Below, piece after piece: positions 42,524 to 51,761 of a stretch of DNA of 64,000 bases (the stretch's first letter is position 1; every line of letters starts with the position of its first letter). The stretch comes from Bacillota bacterium. GTDB taxonomy: Bacteria; Bacillota; UBA994; UBA5500. The DNA is taken from the NCBI GenBank assembly GCA_050949085.1, contig JBMNFB010000009.1:130379-194378 (forward strand). The letters run 5' to 3'. The notes below the pieces were generated by a model. It did no database searches. It was not told the origin of the DNA and worked only from the letters and a program-made list of their open reading frames with translations. Made by a program: the position numbers and the translations under genes.

Positions 42524-43447
42524 CTAGAAGAGGACGGCCGCCAAGAGTGGTATGGAGAGAGCCGACAGCAGAGTGGAGATGAAGACGGCCTGAGAGGCCA
42601 GCGACGGGTTCGCTCCGTATTCCTGAGCCAGGATCACCGAGTTGACTGCAGCCGGCATGCCGGAGAGGATGGTCGGTACCCCGACCAACAGTGGGTCGGC
42701 GATAAACAGGCGCAGGATCGCCCAGATAACATAGGGAATCGCCAGCAGGCGCATCAGGCTGACGGCATAGACACGCCAGTTGCCAAACACTGTCCGCGCT
42801 TCCATGTTGGCCAGGATTCCCCCGACCAGGATCATAGACAGGGGCGTTGTCAGCGAACCGAGGGTGGCCAGGGCCGAGCTGATCGCCCCCGGCAACTGCA
42901 CCGAAAAGACAAACAGCACCAGGCCGATAGCGCAGGCGGCGCTGGCTGGGCTGATCAGCGAGCGCCAGTTAAAGCGGGCGCCTTCCTCGCGACCCAGGCT
43001 GAGCATCGCTACCCCCAGGGTAAACACCAACAGGTTAAACGGCAGATTGTAGATGGCGGCATAAAACAGCGCTTTCTCCCCGAATATGGTCTGGATCACC
43101 GGGAAGCCCATGAAGCCCACATTGGGGAACATCGTTACAAAACGGAAAACGCCCAATTCTGCGGGTGGCGTTTTTAGCAGAGCCGGCAAGAGCCAGGCCA
43201 TGAGCGCCGAAAACGCGTAAGTGAGCACGGCAATGCCCAGCATCTGACCGCCAGCCTTGAGCAGCTCGGCATCATAGGATTGAAGCAGCGAGTTGATGAT
43301 CAGAGCGGGAAGCGCCACCTTCAGCAGAAATCCAGAGAGACCAGCGATAAAGTTGTCGCTGATTACCTGCAGTTTGCGGGTGACAAAACCGACGATGAGG
43401 ATAATGAACAGGATAGAGATCTGTTCAAAGACGCCATAGAAGCCCAT
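42524..43447 (-). CDS. AEC family transporter (auxin-efflux-carrier / malate permease-like)
   Basis: 10-TM protein with the AEC/MleP pattern. Start MGFYGVF after AAAGGGAGAG. Confidence 0.75.
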   Translation of the reverse strand: MGFYGVFEQISILFIILIVGFVTRKLQVISDNFIAGLSGFLLKVALPALIINSLLQSYDAELLKAGGQMLGIAVLTYAFSALMAWLLPALLKTPPAELGVFRFVTMFPNVGFMGFPVIQTIFGEKALFYAAIYNLPFNLLVFTLGVAMLSLGREEGARFNWRSLISPASAACAIGLVLFVFSVQLPGAISSALATLGSLTTPLSMILVGGILANMEARTVFGNWRVYAVSLMRLLAIPYVIWAILRLFIADPLLVGVPTILSGMPAAVNSVILAQEYGANPSLASQAVFISTLLSALSIPLLAAVLF

Positions 43448-43645
43448 TGGTCTCTCCCTTTCCGTTATTGATGCCACGTCATATGTTCCTATGATAGCAG
43501 GTCATTGCACGCAACCCAAGCGCGCCAACCAGAGATCAGTTTTGTTTGCTGCGTCTAGACCTGCTGCCTTGCTTCTTGTACAATAAAATTCGGCATACAT
43601 AATTCTTAGCATTGAATCTATTTCAATCGGAGGAGGTTATCGCCC

Positions 43646-43909
43646 ATGAAGCAGATCACCCTGTTCGGCAGCAGCCTTTGACCCGGCTGCGCCCCGGTGA
43701 AAGAGTTTCTTTCCCAAAATGATGTCGAGTTCACCTATGTGGACATCACCAGCAGTATGCGCAATCTGCGGGATTTCCTGCGCTACCGCGACAGTCACCC
43801 AGCATTTGCAGAGGTCCGCGAGAAGAACCGGGTCGGTGTGCCCTGTATCGTCATCGAGGATGGCGAAAAGATCCTCTTTGGCAAGCCCGACCTGACAGAG
43901 CTCGCCTAG
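43646..43909 (+). CDS. Glutaredoxin-like selenoprotein (YruB-type Grx with U-P-G-C active site); in-frame TGA at 43679-43681 read as selenocysteine
   Basis: ATG at 43646 follows GGAGGAGG. Translation reads MKQITLFGSSL-U-PGCAPVKEFLSQNDVEFTYVDI...VGVPCIVIEDGEKILFGKPD. The TGA sits exactly where the first Cys of the CxxC motif belongs, and the frame is continuous with ORF 43697..43909. Confidence 0.7.
43696..43715 (+). promoter_or_regulatory. Candidate bacterial SECIS-like hairpin
   Basis: GGTGAAAGA-GTT-TCTTTCCC: a 6-bp perfect stem plus 2 GC pairs, with an apical G-U-containing loop about 24 nt downstream of the UGA. Confidence 0.4.
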
Positions 43910-43923
43910 GTCCGAAGCAGGCA

Positions 43924-43950
43924 GCAGGCGTGTCACAGCGACACGCCTGC
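43924..43950. terminator. Bidirectional terminator hairpin
   Basis: GCAGGCGTGTC-ACAGC-GACACGCCTGC between convergent genes. Confidence 0.6.
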
Positions 43951-43955
43951 CCTGT

Positions 43956-44195
43956 TTACATCTTCAGCAGCGAGCTCAGGGTTACCGCCTTTAGCTCCGG
44001 CATGGTGACCACCTTGGAGTAGATCAGCTTCTTGGCCAGCTTCAGGTCATCCTCCCTCCCCAGATTCAGCTGGCGCCCGCTGGCCAGGGTGAGGATCTTG
44101 CTCTCCGGGTCAAACTCGCCCTGCTGCGCTTCCTGAGTGTTCTTCAGAGTGTAGGTTAGCTGCATGCCATTCACCTCCATCCCTAGCTTGAGCAA
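43956..44195 (-). CDS. Hypothetical small protein
   Basis: 79-aa ORF (or 74 aa from MEVNG). No recognisable motif. Confidence 0.4.
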   Translation of the reverse strand: MLKLGMEVNGMQLTYTLKNTQEAQQGEFDPESKILTLASGRQLNLGREDDLKLAKKLIYSKVVTMPELKAVTLSSLLKM

Positions 44196-44331
44196 ACGCG
44201 GCAGACTTCAATCAGGGCGTAATCAGCGCCGCATGGTTATAAGGACTGGATAGTGAAATGGCAGCGACTCAATAGGAAGCACCCTGAGAAAGATGAATCT
44301 CAGGGTGCTCTTGTCTTTGCAGCGAGTTTTC

Positions 44332-45147
44332 TCACCCATGCAGCGCCCGGGCGACGACTGCCTCCAGGCAATCATCCCGGGGACCTACGGTTGAGGCAAA
44401 CTCATACCCCTTTTGCAGGTGCAGCAAGAACTCCACTGTCCCCCTGCTCCCCCGGATGGGAGAGGGGGCTACACCGGCCACCGCCCAGCCGCGCTGGGTG
44501 GCCGTCTGGCATATCCTCTGCAGGACGCGCACATACTCGTCGTCGCTGTCAAAGATGCCGGTGCGCCGCGCCTCCATGTTTTCTGTCTCAAACAGGGGCT
44601 TCACCAGACAGATCAGATCTGTCGGCTCAGCCACCAGCGGCTCGACCAGGGGAATCGCTTTACAGAGGGACAGGAAGGAAAGATCCAGCGTCACCAGATC
44701 AGGCAAAGGCTGCAGCTTCTCGGGCTGGACGTCACTGAGGTTGGTGCGCTCCAGGTTGCGCACCTGCGGCGAGTTGCGCAGCGTTCCTGCCAACTGACCG
44801 ATCCCGACATCAACGGCATAGACGAGGCTGCAGCCATGCTGCAGGAGACAGTCGGTAAAGCCGCCGGTGGAAGCACCGCAATCCAGAGCCACCCGGCCGC
44901 TGACATCCACCTGAAAGGCGGCTAGCGCCCCCTCCAGCTTCAACCCGCCCCGGCTGACATACCTGCACTCCATCCCTTTGACCCGGATGACCTGCCCCTC
45001 ACGTATTTCGGCGCCAACCTTGTCCACCAGCTGCTCGTCGACCAGAACCTTGCCGGCCATTATCCAGGGCCTGGCCTCCTCGGGGGTGGCACACCAGCCC
45101 TGCGATACCAGCGCATCCACGAGCCTGATTCTGCGGCCCTTAGCCAA
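44332..45147 (-). CDS. tlyA: TlyA family rRNA 2'-O-methyltransferase (hemolysin A-like)
   Basis: S4 RNA-binding N-terminus (RLVDALVSQGW...SRGGLKL) and an FtsJ-like methyltransferase with LDCGASTGGFTD. Confidence 0.85.
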   Translation of the reverse strand: MAKGRRIRLVDALVSQGWCATPEEARPWIMAGKVLVDEQLVDKVGAEIREGQVIRVKGMECRYVSRGGLKLEGALAAFQVDVSGRVALDCGASTGGFTDCLLQHGCSLVYAVDVGIGQLAGTLRNSPQVRNLERTNLSDVQPEKLQPLPDLVTLDLSFLSLCKAIPLVEPLVAEPTDLICLVKPLFETENMEARRTGIFDSDDEYVRVLQRICQTATQRGWAVAGVAPSPIRGSRGTVEFLLHLQKGYEFASTVGPRDDCLEAVVARALHG

Positions 45148-45407
45148 AGCACTCCCCCTCCGTACCTCATTCGGCCTTCGGTTTCCTGGGCGTCCTAGTA
45201 ACGCCTGGAAGGCCCATCCCCTGGGGTGTTCGCCAGCGGCAGCCGCAAGTCCTCCAGATTGGCCGTTCAGTCTTTGGTATAATGCACCTGGTCAGGCTAC
45301 CTTAGCCAAAGGATATCGTACCCGTATAGCGAAATATCTATTGGGACGCCTGCACCATCAGGGTGAGACGTGACCCGAGAAATAACCAGATACAAGGAGG
45401 GGTATGC

Positions 45408-47273
45408 ATGATCAAACGCTTGTCTGCCATCCTCTTGGCGCTGCTTCTGGTGTTGCCACCGCTGACCGGAACGGCGGCTCCGGCTGACACCACCTGGCAC
45501 GTCAACTGGATGCAGGAAGCAAAGCTCGTGCGCGGAAGGGGAACCGGCCTTGAACTGGATGCGATTGTCACCAGAGCTGAAATGGCCGCCTTCCTGCAAC
45601 GGGTGCTGGAATGGCCGACGCCGACCAGGCCGACAGCAATCGCTGATGTGGACGAAGACCATTGGGCCTATGAAGCGATTCAGGCTGCGCTGGCCAAGGG
45701 GGCGCTGGAGCTGGAGGATGGCCGGGCTAACCCTGCCGCACAACTCAGTGCCGCGGAGGCCGTCGCCATCGCGGAACGGGCGGGGCTGATCCTGGACCTG
45801 CCAGCGACCGCCAAACTGTCCAGAGGACAGCTGCTGGAGGCCCTGGGCGAGGCCGTGACGGTGACGCTAACCATTGTGCACACCAATGATACCCATGGCC
45901 GCATCCTGACCGATGATGCCAACGGACTCCTCGGCTGGGAACGCGTCGCCACCATCATCGAATGGACGCGCCGGGAGAACCCGCATACGCTGGTTCTGGA
46001 TGCCGGTGATGCCATCCATGGTACCAACGAGGTACAGCTGTTTGGCGGCGCCACGGCGGTGAACATCATGAATACGGCCGGCGTGGATGTAATGGCGCCT
46101 GGTAACCACGAGTTCAACTACGGGCAGGATGCACTGCTGGCGCTGGCGGAGAACGCTGCCTTCGAGCTGATCAGCGCCAACGTGCTCAAGGACGGGGAGA
46201 ATCTCCTGACGCCTTACGTAATCCGCGAGCTGGGCGGAATCAGACTAGCCATCATCGGCTTCTCGACGCCCGAGACGCCGACATCTACCCATCCTAAGAA
46301 CGTGGTCGGACTCACCTTTGCCGACCCAATCGCAACGGCGACTGACATTGTTGCCGAGCTGGAAGACGTGGACTGCATCATCGCCCTGACCCATCTGGGC
46401 TATGGTATGGACGAGTTGCTGGCTGAAGCGGTACCGGAGATCGACCTGATCATCGGTGGCCATAGCCATACCGAACAGCTGGAGGCCATCAAGGTTAACG
46501 AGACCTATCTCGCCCAGACCGGCGAACACACCAAGTACGTCGGGCGCCAGAACCTGATCTTCTATCAGGGTCAACTCGTCGACGTGATCAGCACGCCGGT
46601 GAGCTATGACGCCTCCATCCCCGCCTCGCCGCGAACCAGCAAGCTGGCCCAGACCGTCGCCCAGCGGGTGACGACGGAGATGGGGAAAGTGATCGGCCAG
46701 ACTCTGGTTGAGCTGGATGGCGTGCGGGAGCACGTCAGGCTGGGAGAGACGAACCTGGGCAACCTGATTACCGATATCATGCGCGAGGCCACCGGCGCTG
46801 ACGTGGCGCTGATGAACGGCGGCGGCATTCGCGCCAGCATCGCGGCCGGCGAGATCACCATGAACGACATCAAGACGGTGCTGCCGTTTGGCAACACCCT
46901 GGCCACTGTGGACATCACCGGTGCGCAGCTGCTCGAGGTACTGGAGCACGGGGTACGCCTCTATCCTGAAGCCAGCGGCGGTTTTCCGCATGTTTCCGGT
47001 GTCAGATTCACCTTCGATCCCAGCCTGCCCGCGGGTGAGCGGGTCGTCGCCGTCACGGTTGGCGGCAAGGAGCTGGATCTCGAGGCAGTCTACACCGTGG
47101 CCACCAACGACTTCCTGGCTGCTGGCGGCGATGGTTTCACAGCATTCGCCGCAGGCGAGAATCTGCTGGATACCGGTGACGCTCTGGACTACGTGGTGAT
47201 CCAGTACATCCAGGCTCATTCCGAAGGAGTAAATCCGGTGGTGGATGGCAGAATCGAGATCATCGGTGACTAG
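45408..47273 (+). CDS. Bifunctional metallophosphatase/5'-nucleotidase with N-terminal SLH domains
   Basis: Signal peptide. Two SLH-like segments (ITRAEMAAFLQRVLEW; DVDEDHWAYEAIQAALAKGAL). Calcineurin-like domain (HTNDTHGR, GNHEF) plus a C-terminal 5'-nucleotidase substrate-binding domain. Confidence 0.85.
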   Translation: MIKRLSAILLALLLVLPPLTGTAAPADTTWHVNWMQEAKLVRGRGTGLELDAIVTRAEMAAFLQRVLEWPTPTRPTAIADVDEDHWAYEAIQAALAKGALELEDGRANPAAQLSAAEAVAIAERAGLILDLPATAKLSRGQLLEALGEAVTVTLTIVHTNDTHGRILTDDANGLLGWERVATIIEWTRRENPHTLVLDAGDAIHGTNEVQLFGGATAVNIMNTAGVDVMAPGNHEFNYGQDALLALAENAAFELISANVLKDGENLLTPYVIRELGGIRLAIIGFSTPETPTSTHPKNVVGLTFADPIATATDIVAELEDVDCIIALTHLGYGMDELLAEAVPEIDLIIGGHSHTEQLEAIKVNETYLAQTGEHTKYVGRQNLIFYQGQLVDVISTPVSYDASIPASPRTSKLAQTVAQRVTTEMGKVIGQTLVELDGVREHVRLGETNLGNLITDIMREATGADVALMNGGGIRASIAAGEITMNDIKTVLPFGNTLATVDITGAQLLEVLEHGVRLYPEASGGFPHVSGVRFTFDPSLPAGERVVAVTVGGKELDLEAVYTVATNDFLAAGGDGFTAFAAGENLLDTGDALDYVVIQYIQAHSEGVNPVVDGRIEIIGD

Positions 47274-47304
47274 GACAGGCTGAGGGCCTGGATCCTCCCA
47301 AAAG

Positions 47305-47338
47305 AAAAAGCCTCCTGCACCTGCGGGAGGCTTTTTTA
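47305..47338. terminator. Bidirectional intrinsic terminator
   Basis: AAGCCTCC-TGCACCTGC-GGGAGGCTT followed by TTTTT. Confidence 0.75.
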
Positions 47339-47347
47339 TCCTTTGAG

Positions 47348-47707
47348 TCAGTCGGCGTTCCGGGAACCCATCCGCTCAGCAAATACTGCCTCATAGTAAA
47401 GATTAGCCATGACGCGGGCCAACGTCTCCGCCTTGCGAATATCCTTCTCCAGGTAGACCTGAGTCAGATCTCCCAACAAGTTCGCCCGCTCACGCCAAAT
47501 GGGATCCTGCCTGGACAGGCTGGTGAACGCGCTGCTAAACTGCTCCATCGTCAGCATCTCAACCTGATTGGTTGACCGCTGGTGCTGGAGCAGGGCATCG
47601 ATCACCGCATCCAAGGCGCCCAGATACATCTGAAAGTCCTGTTCCCTATTGAACCTACTCCTCAGCGCAGTGACAAACTGCTGCCTCGAATCAGTTGCCA
47701 TTCCCAT
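47348..47707 (-). CDS. Hypothetical protein
   Basis: 119-aa ORF with no recognisable motif. Coding-like composition. Confidence 0.4.
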   Translation of the reverse strand: MGMATDSRQQFVTALRSRFNREQDFQMYLGALDAVIDALLQHQRSTNQVEMLTMEQFSSAFTSLSRQDPIWRERANLLGDLTQVYLEKDIRKAETLARVMANLYYEAVFAERMGSRNAD

Positions 47708-47840
47708 ACTCCCTTTCTGCCTGACCGTGCGCTGACACCCTTGAGTAAATGAGAAGCATTAGTTCACGTCTCGTGTCCCATGGCTTATTATACCATGAGA
47801 ATTGCGGCTTGGGTTAGGTCAGCGGGAGAAAACCACTGTC

Positions 47841-50546
47841 TCAGCGGAGCAGGCTGCGCCGAACAAGCTTGGTCAGTTCGCCAAATAACAGGGGCAAGAG
47901 GCCCATCAGGAGCACCGGTTTCAGGTCATGCCACTGCAGCTGGGCAACGCTAAACACCTGGCGCAGGGCGGGAACACCCATGATCAGGAGTAGCAGAACC
48001 AGAGAACCCAGGGTGGCGAAGTTCATTTGGCGGTTGCTGAAGAGTCCAATCTCAGCGATGGTATACCTCGCTGAACGCGCCGTATAGGCACGCAGCAATT
48101 CGCTGAGCGTCAAGGTCACAAACGCGTAGGTGCGACCGACCCCCAGGCCATACCGTTGCCAGCCAATATAGTAAGCGGCGAGGACGGCAACTGTCATCAC
48201 GACACTCTGGATGCCGATGTTCAGAAACATGTCGCGATTGATGATCGATTGGGTGGCAGAACGGGGTCGCTCATCCATGAGACCAGGCTCCTTCTTTTCC
48301 ACACCGAGAGCCAGCGCCGGGAGCGCGTCGGTCAGCAGGTTGATCCACAGCAGGTGGATAGGCAGCAGCGGGATCGGCCAGTTGAGCAGCATGGAGATAA
48401 AGATAACCAGTATCTCACCCACATTACACGACAGGAGGAAGAAGACAAACTTGCGAATGTTGCTGAAGATCACCCGGCCTTCTTCCACTGCGGCAACGAT
48501 GCTGGCAAAGTTGTCGTCGGTAAGGATCATTTCGGCCGTTTCCTTCGTGACGTCGGTGCCGGTAATGCCCATGGCAATGCCGATGTCGGCACGCTTCAGT
48601 GCCGGGGCATCGTTGACGCCGTCCCCGGTCATCGCCGCGATCTCCCCGTTGTTCTTCAACGCCTGCACGATGGTGACCTTGTGTTCGGGGGAAACGCGGG
48701 CATAGACGTTGACCGTCCGCACGGCTTCGTCGATCTCGGTCTCGCTCATCTGGTTCAGCTCAGCTCCGGCCAGAACCTGATCTTCGGCCGTGATAATCCC
48801 CAGTTGACGGGCAATGGCGGCAGCCGTATCGCGATAGTCACCCGTGATCATGACGACGCGAATGCCGGCAGACTTACACACCTTGATAGCATCAATGGCT
48901 TCTGGCCGCGGTGGGTCGATCATGCCCACCAGCCCGCAAAAGACCAGATCCTGTTCGTCCGCTTCGCTGGAAGGATGTTCTGGAATTGCATCCAGCGGCT
49001 TGAACGCCATAGCCAGTACCCGGTAAGCCTGGGCGGCCAGGGTGCTGTTTTCCTTGAGAATTGCCTCGACATCTGACGGGGTGATCTGCCCGATCTTCCC
49101 ATCGCGCCGCATGATTCGCGTACAACGCTCGATAAGGACATCAGGGGCCCCCTTGGTCGCGGCCATAAACCGGCTCTCACCGTCAGTATGGAATGTGGTC
49201 ATCAGCTTGCGCCCTGAATCAAACGGCAGTTCCTGGAGGCGCGGCTTCTCGTTGTGGAGCTGCTCCCGGTGGATTCCAACTTTGGCAGCAGCGACAATCA
49301 TCGCCGCCTCAGTGGGGTCACCGTAGACGCACCATTCTTCCGCTCCATGTTCCAGGCTGCGCTCCAGCCGCGCATCGTTGCACAACGCCCCGATTTCCAG
49401 CAGGCGGCAGATGGCCGGCTCATGGGCCAGATCCAGCATGCGCTTCTCGGCTGTCAGGGCACCAATCGGCTTATATCCATCTCCCTGTACATCGATCTCC
49501 AGACCGGGGATATACATCTTGACAATGGTCATCTGGTTCTGGGTCAGCGTTCCGGTCTTATCCGAGCAGATGACGGTCGCGCTCCCCAGCGTCTCCACCG
49601 CATGCAGCTTCTTCACTATCGCGTGCTGCTGCGCCATGCGCTGCATACCCAGGGCCAGCACGATGGTGACGACCGCCGGCAACCCCTCAGGGATAGCCGC
49701 CACCGCCAGGCTAACAGCCGTCATGAATATCTCCAGGGCTGGTTGACCGCGCAGCAGGCCCAGGAAGAACACTATTGTACAAATCGCTAGGCACCCAGTC
49801 CCCAGGAACTTGCCCAGCTCGGCCAGCCTCCTCTGCAGAGGAGTAGTTTCGTCCTCCCCTTCCTGCAGCATCTCCGCTATCCTGCCGATGACGGTGTTCA
49901 TTCCAGTCGCCGTAACGATGGCCATACCGCGCCCATATGTGACCAGCGTGCTCATGAATGCGCTGTTAATCTGATCGCCCAGGCCCACGTCACCTTCCAG
50001 CCGGGCCTCGGCATCCTTCTCCACCGGAACCGACTCGCCCGTCAAGGCGGCTTCCTCGATTTTCAGATTCACGGACGAGATCAGCCGCACATCGGCCGGA
50101 ACATAGTCGCCTGTCTCCAGCACAACAACATCGCCCGGGACAAGCTCGACAGCAGGGACTTCCTGCTGCACCCCGTTGCGCAGGACTGTGGCGTTCGGGG
50201 CCGATAGTCGCCTCAGTGCCTCCAGCGCCTGACTGGCCCGGTACTCCTGAAACACTCCCAGGCCGGCGTTAATGATCACGATGAGGATGATCACCAGGGA
50301 GTCGGTCACCTCACCCAGGAGCATCGATACCAGGCTGGCCACAAACAGAATGATCACCATGTAGTCTTTCAGTTGGGACAGGAACATCTGAAAAACGCCG
50401 GGGCCAGCCTTACGGATCAGTTCGTTGGGGCCGTATTGCTCCAGACGGCGACGGGCCTCGTCGGGGGAGAGCCCTTGATCAACCCTGGTTCCCAGAGCCT
50501 GGCTCACTTCTGCTACGCTGCGCTGATACCATGGAACCTGCTGCAT
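47841..50546 (-). CDS. P-type cation-transporting ATPase, Ca2+-type (P2, YloB/PMCA-SERCA-like)
   Basis: 901 aa with DKTGTLTQNQM phosphorylation motif, TGDGVNDAPALKRADIGIAMG hinge and 10 TM segments with the PEGL motif. Confidence 0.88.
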   Translation of the reverse strand: MQQVPWYQRSVAEVSQALGTRVDQGLSPDEARRRLEQYGPNELIRKAGPGVFQMFLSQLKDYMVIILFVASLVSMLLGEVTDSLVIILIVIINAGLGVFQEYRASQALEALRRLSAPNATVLRNGVQQEVPAVELVPGDVVVLETGDYVPADVRLISSVNLKIEEAALTGESVPVEKDAEARLEGDVGLGDQINSAFMSTLVTYGRGMAIVTATGMNTVIGRIAEMLQEGEDETTPLQRRLAELGKFLGTGCLAICTIVFFLGLLRGQPALEIFMTAVSLAVAAIPEGLPAVVTIVLALGMQRMAQQHAIVKKLHAVETLGSATVICSDKTGTLTQNQMTIVKMYIPGLEIDVQGDGYKPIGALTAEKRMLDLAHEPAICRLLEIGALCNDARLERSLEHGAEEWCVYGDPTEAAMIVAAAKVGIHREQLHNEKPRLQELPFDSGRKLMTTFHTDGESRFMAATKGAPDVLIERCTRIMRRDGKIGQITPSDVEAILKENSTLAAQAYRVLAMAFKPLDAIPEHPSSEADEQDLVFCGLVGMIDPPRPEAIDAIKVCKSAGIRVVMITGDYRDTAAAIARQLGIITAEDQVLAGAELNQMSETEIDEAVRTVNVYARVSPEHKVTIVQALKNNGEIAAMTGDGVNDAPALKRADIGIAMGITGTDVTKETAEMILTDDNFASIVAAVEEGRVIFSNIRKFVFFLLSCNVGEILVIFISMLLNWPIPLLPIHLLWINLLTDALPALALGVEKKEPGLMDERPRSATQSIINRDMFLNIGIQSVVMTVAVLAAYYIGWQRYGLGVGRTYAFVTLTLSELLRAYTARSARYTIAEIGLFSNRQMNFATLGSLVLLLLIMGVPALRQVFSVAQLQWHDLKPVLLMGLLPLLFGELTKLVRRSLLR

Positions 50547-50981
50547 CTACACGCCCTCTCTCCTGCCTGCTAATAGTTGAGGACAGAAGCAGAACTGCCT
50601 GGCGCCTGTCAAATCTCTGCTCCAGCCCACTACTAAACTTATCCTGAATGCTTGCTGACTATTTCTAGCGGGCAGTATCGTCTGCTTTCGGTCCAGGCTC
50701 CACCCAGAGGAAACCGGCCATGGTCGCTCAGGGTACCATCCGCTGTCTGGCGGCGAACATCGTCTTCTTTGGCTCGGGGCTGTTGCACTAGCAGGAGTTC
50801 CTTAGTCAGGGCGCGCCGCTTCGTGCGCGTCGATGTCTCCAGAATTGATGTACCAAGCGAAACGCGATAGAGAGCAGCAAAAATCGCCCAACAAGACAAG
50901 AGCATTGGGTACCCAGCCCAAGGGTCGGGTCCCTGCCGCCGTATCCCAGCAGGGCACAGTGGATGGGCTTGCGACAGCCCC

Positions 50982-51674
50982 TTACTCGGTGGGAGCCAGT
51001 GTCTCCAGGCCGCTTCTGTCCTTGATGACGATCCCTCGGTGCCCCTGCAGCTGAATCAGCCCTTCATCCTGGAAGGCCGCCAACTTGCGACTCAGCGTTT
51101 CCTGACTCATGCCCAGCTGCGAAGCCAGGTCGCGCTTGCTCATCTCCAGGGAGAAACGCCGTCGGCCAGCGGCCAGGGTTAGCAGACGCTGGGCTAGCCT
51201 CTCTTCGACGGTGTGCAGATTGATCTCCTCGATCAGCTTTTCCGCCGTCTCCAGGCGCCGGCTCAAGGCCTCCATCACTTTCAGCGCGATGGAAGGATTG
51301 CCCGCCAGGAGCTGTTTCAGCCGCTCACCCTCAATTATGCACATGGTTGTCTGCTCCAGGGCCTCGGCATTGTCAGTCCGCGCCAGCGGGCTGAACAGAG
51401 AAAACTCCCCTATGAACTCACCGGGGCCAAGCACTCTGATCACCTGTTCCTTTCCGGCCGGACTGACGCGGGTGATCTTTACCTTTCCTACGTGGATCAC
51501 ATAGAGCCTCTCGTCCCTGTCCCCGGCCAGATAGATCATCTCCCCCTTCTGATAGGTTCTGGCACGGGTAATGGCGGCTATCTCGCGCATCTCTTCCTCG
51601 GTGACATTACTGAAGATAGGCACCATCTGAATGCAGTTGGCAGGTGACTCGTGACCACAGCTCATGTTACTCAT
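50982..51674 (-). CDS. Crp/Fnr family transcriptional regulator
   Basis: cNMP-binding beta-barrel plus a C-terminal HTH (RDLASQLGMSQETLSRKLAAFQDEGLI). Start MSNMSCGH after GGGGAGGGG. N-terminal Cys residues could indicate redox or metal sensing. Confidence 0.8.
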   Translation of the reverse strand: MSNMSCGHESPANCIQMVPIFSNVTEEEMREIAAITRARTYQKGEMIYLAGDRDERLYVIHVGKVKITRVSPAGKEQVIRVLGPGEFIGEFSLFSPLARTDNAEALEQTTMCIIEGERLKQLLAGNPSIALKVMEALSRRLETAEKLIEEINLHTVEERLAQRLLTLAAGRRRFSLEMSKRDLASQLGMSQETLSRKLAAFQDEGLIQLQGHRGIVIKDRSGLETLAPTE

Positions 51675-51761
51675 CCAAAACCCCTCCCCACGCAAACAAA
51701 TCCAGCTGAAATCCTTCACCTGGATTTGTTCACTCAGATTATTTCTCCTCAGTCAGATGGA

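Noticed and set aside
50639-50905. 88-aa (minus) and 72/73-aa (plus) ORFs in the 435-nt intergenic region upstream of the Ca-ATPase gene
   Set aside because: No ribosome-binding sites. The region carries the repeat-related motif and is more plausibly non-coding or regulatory.
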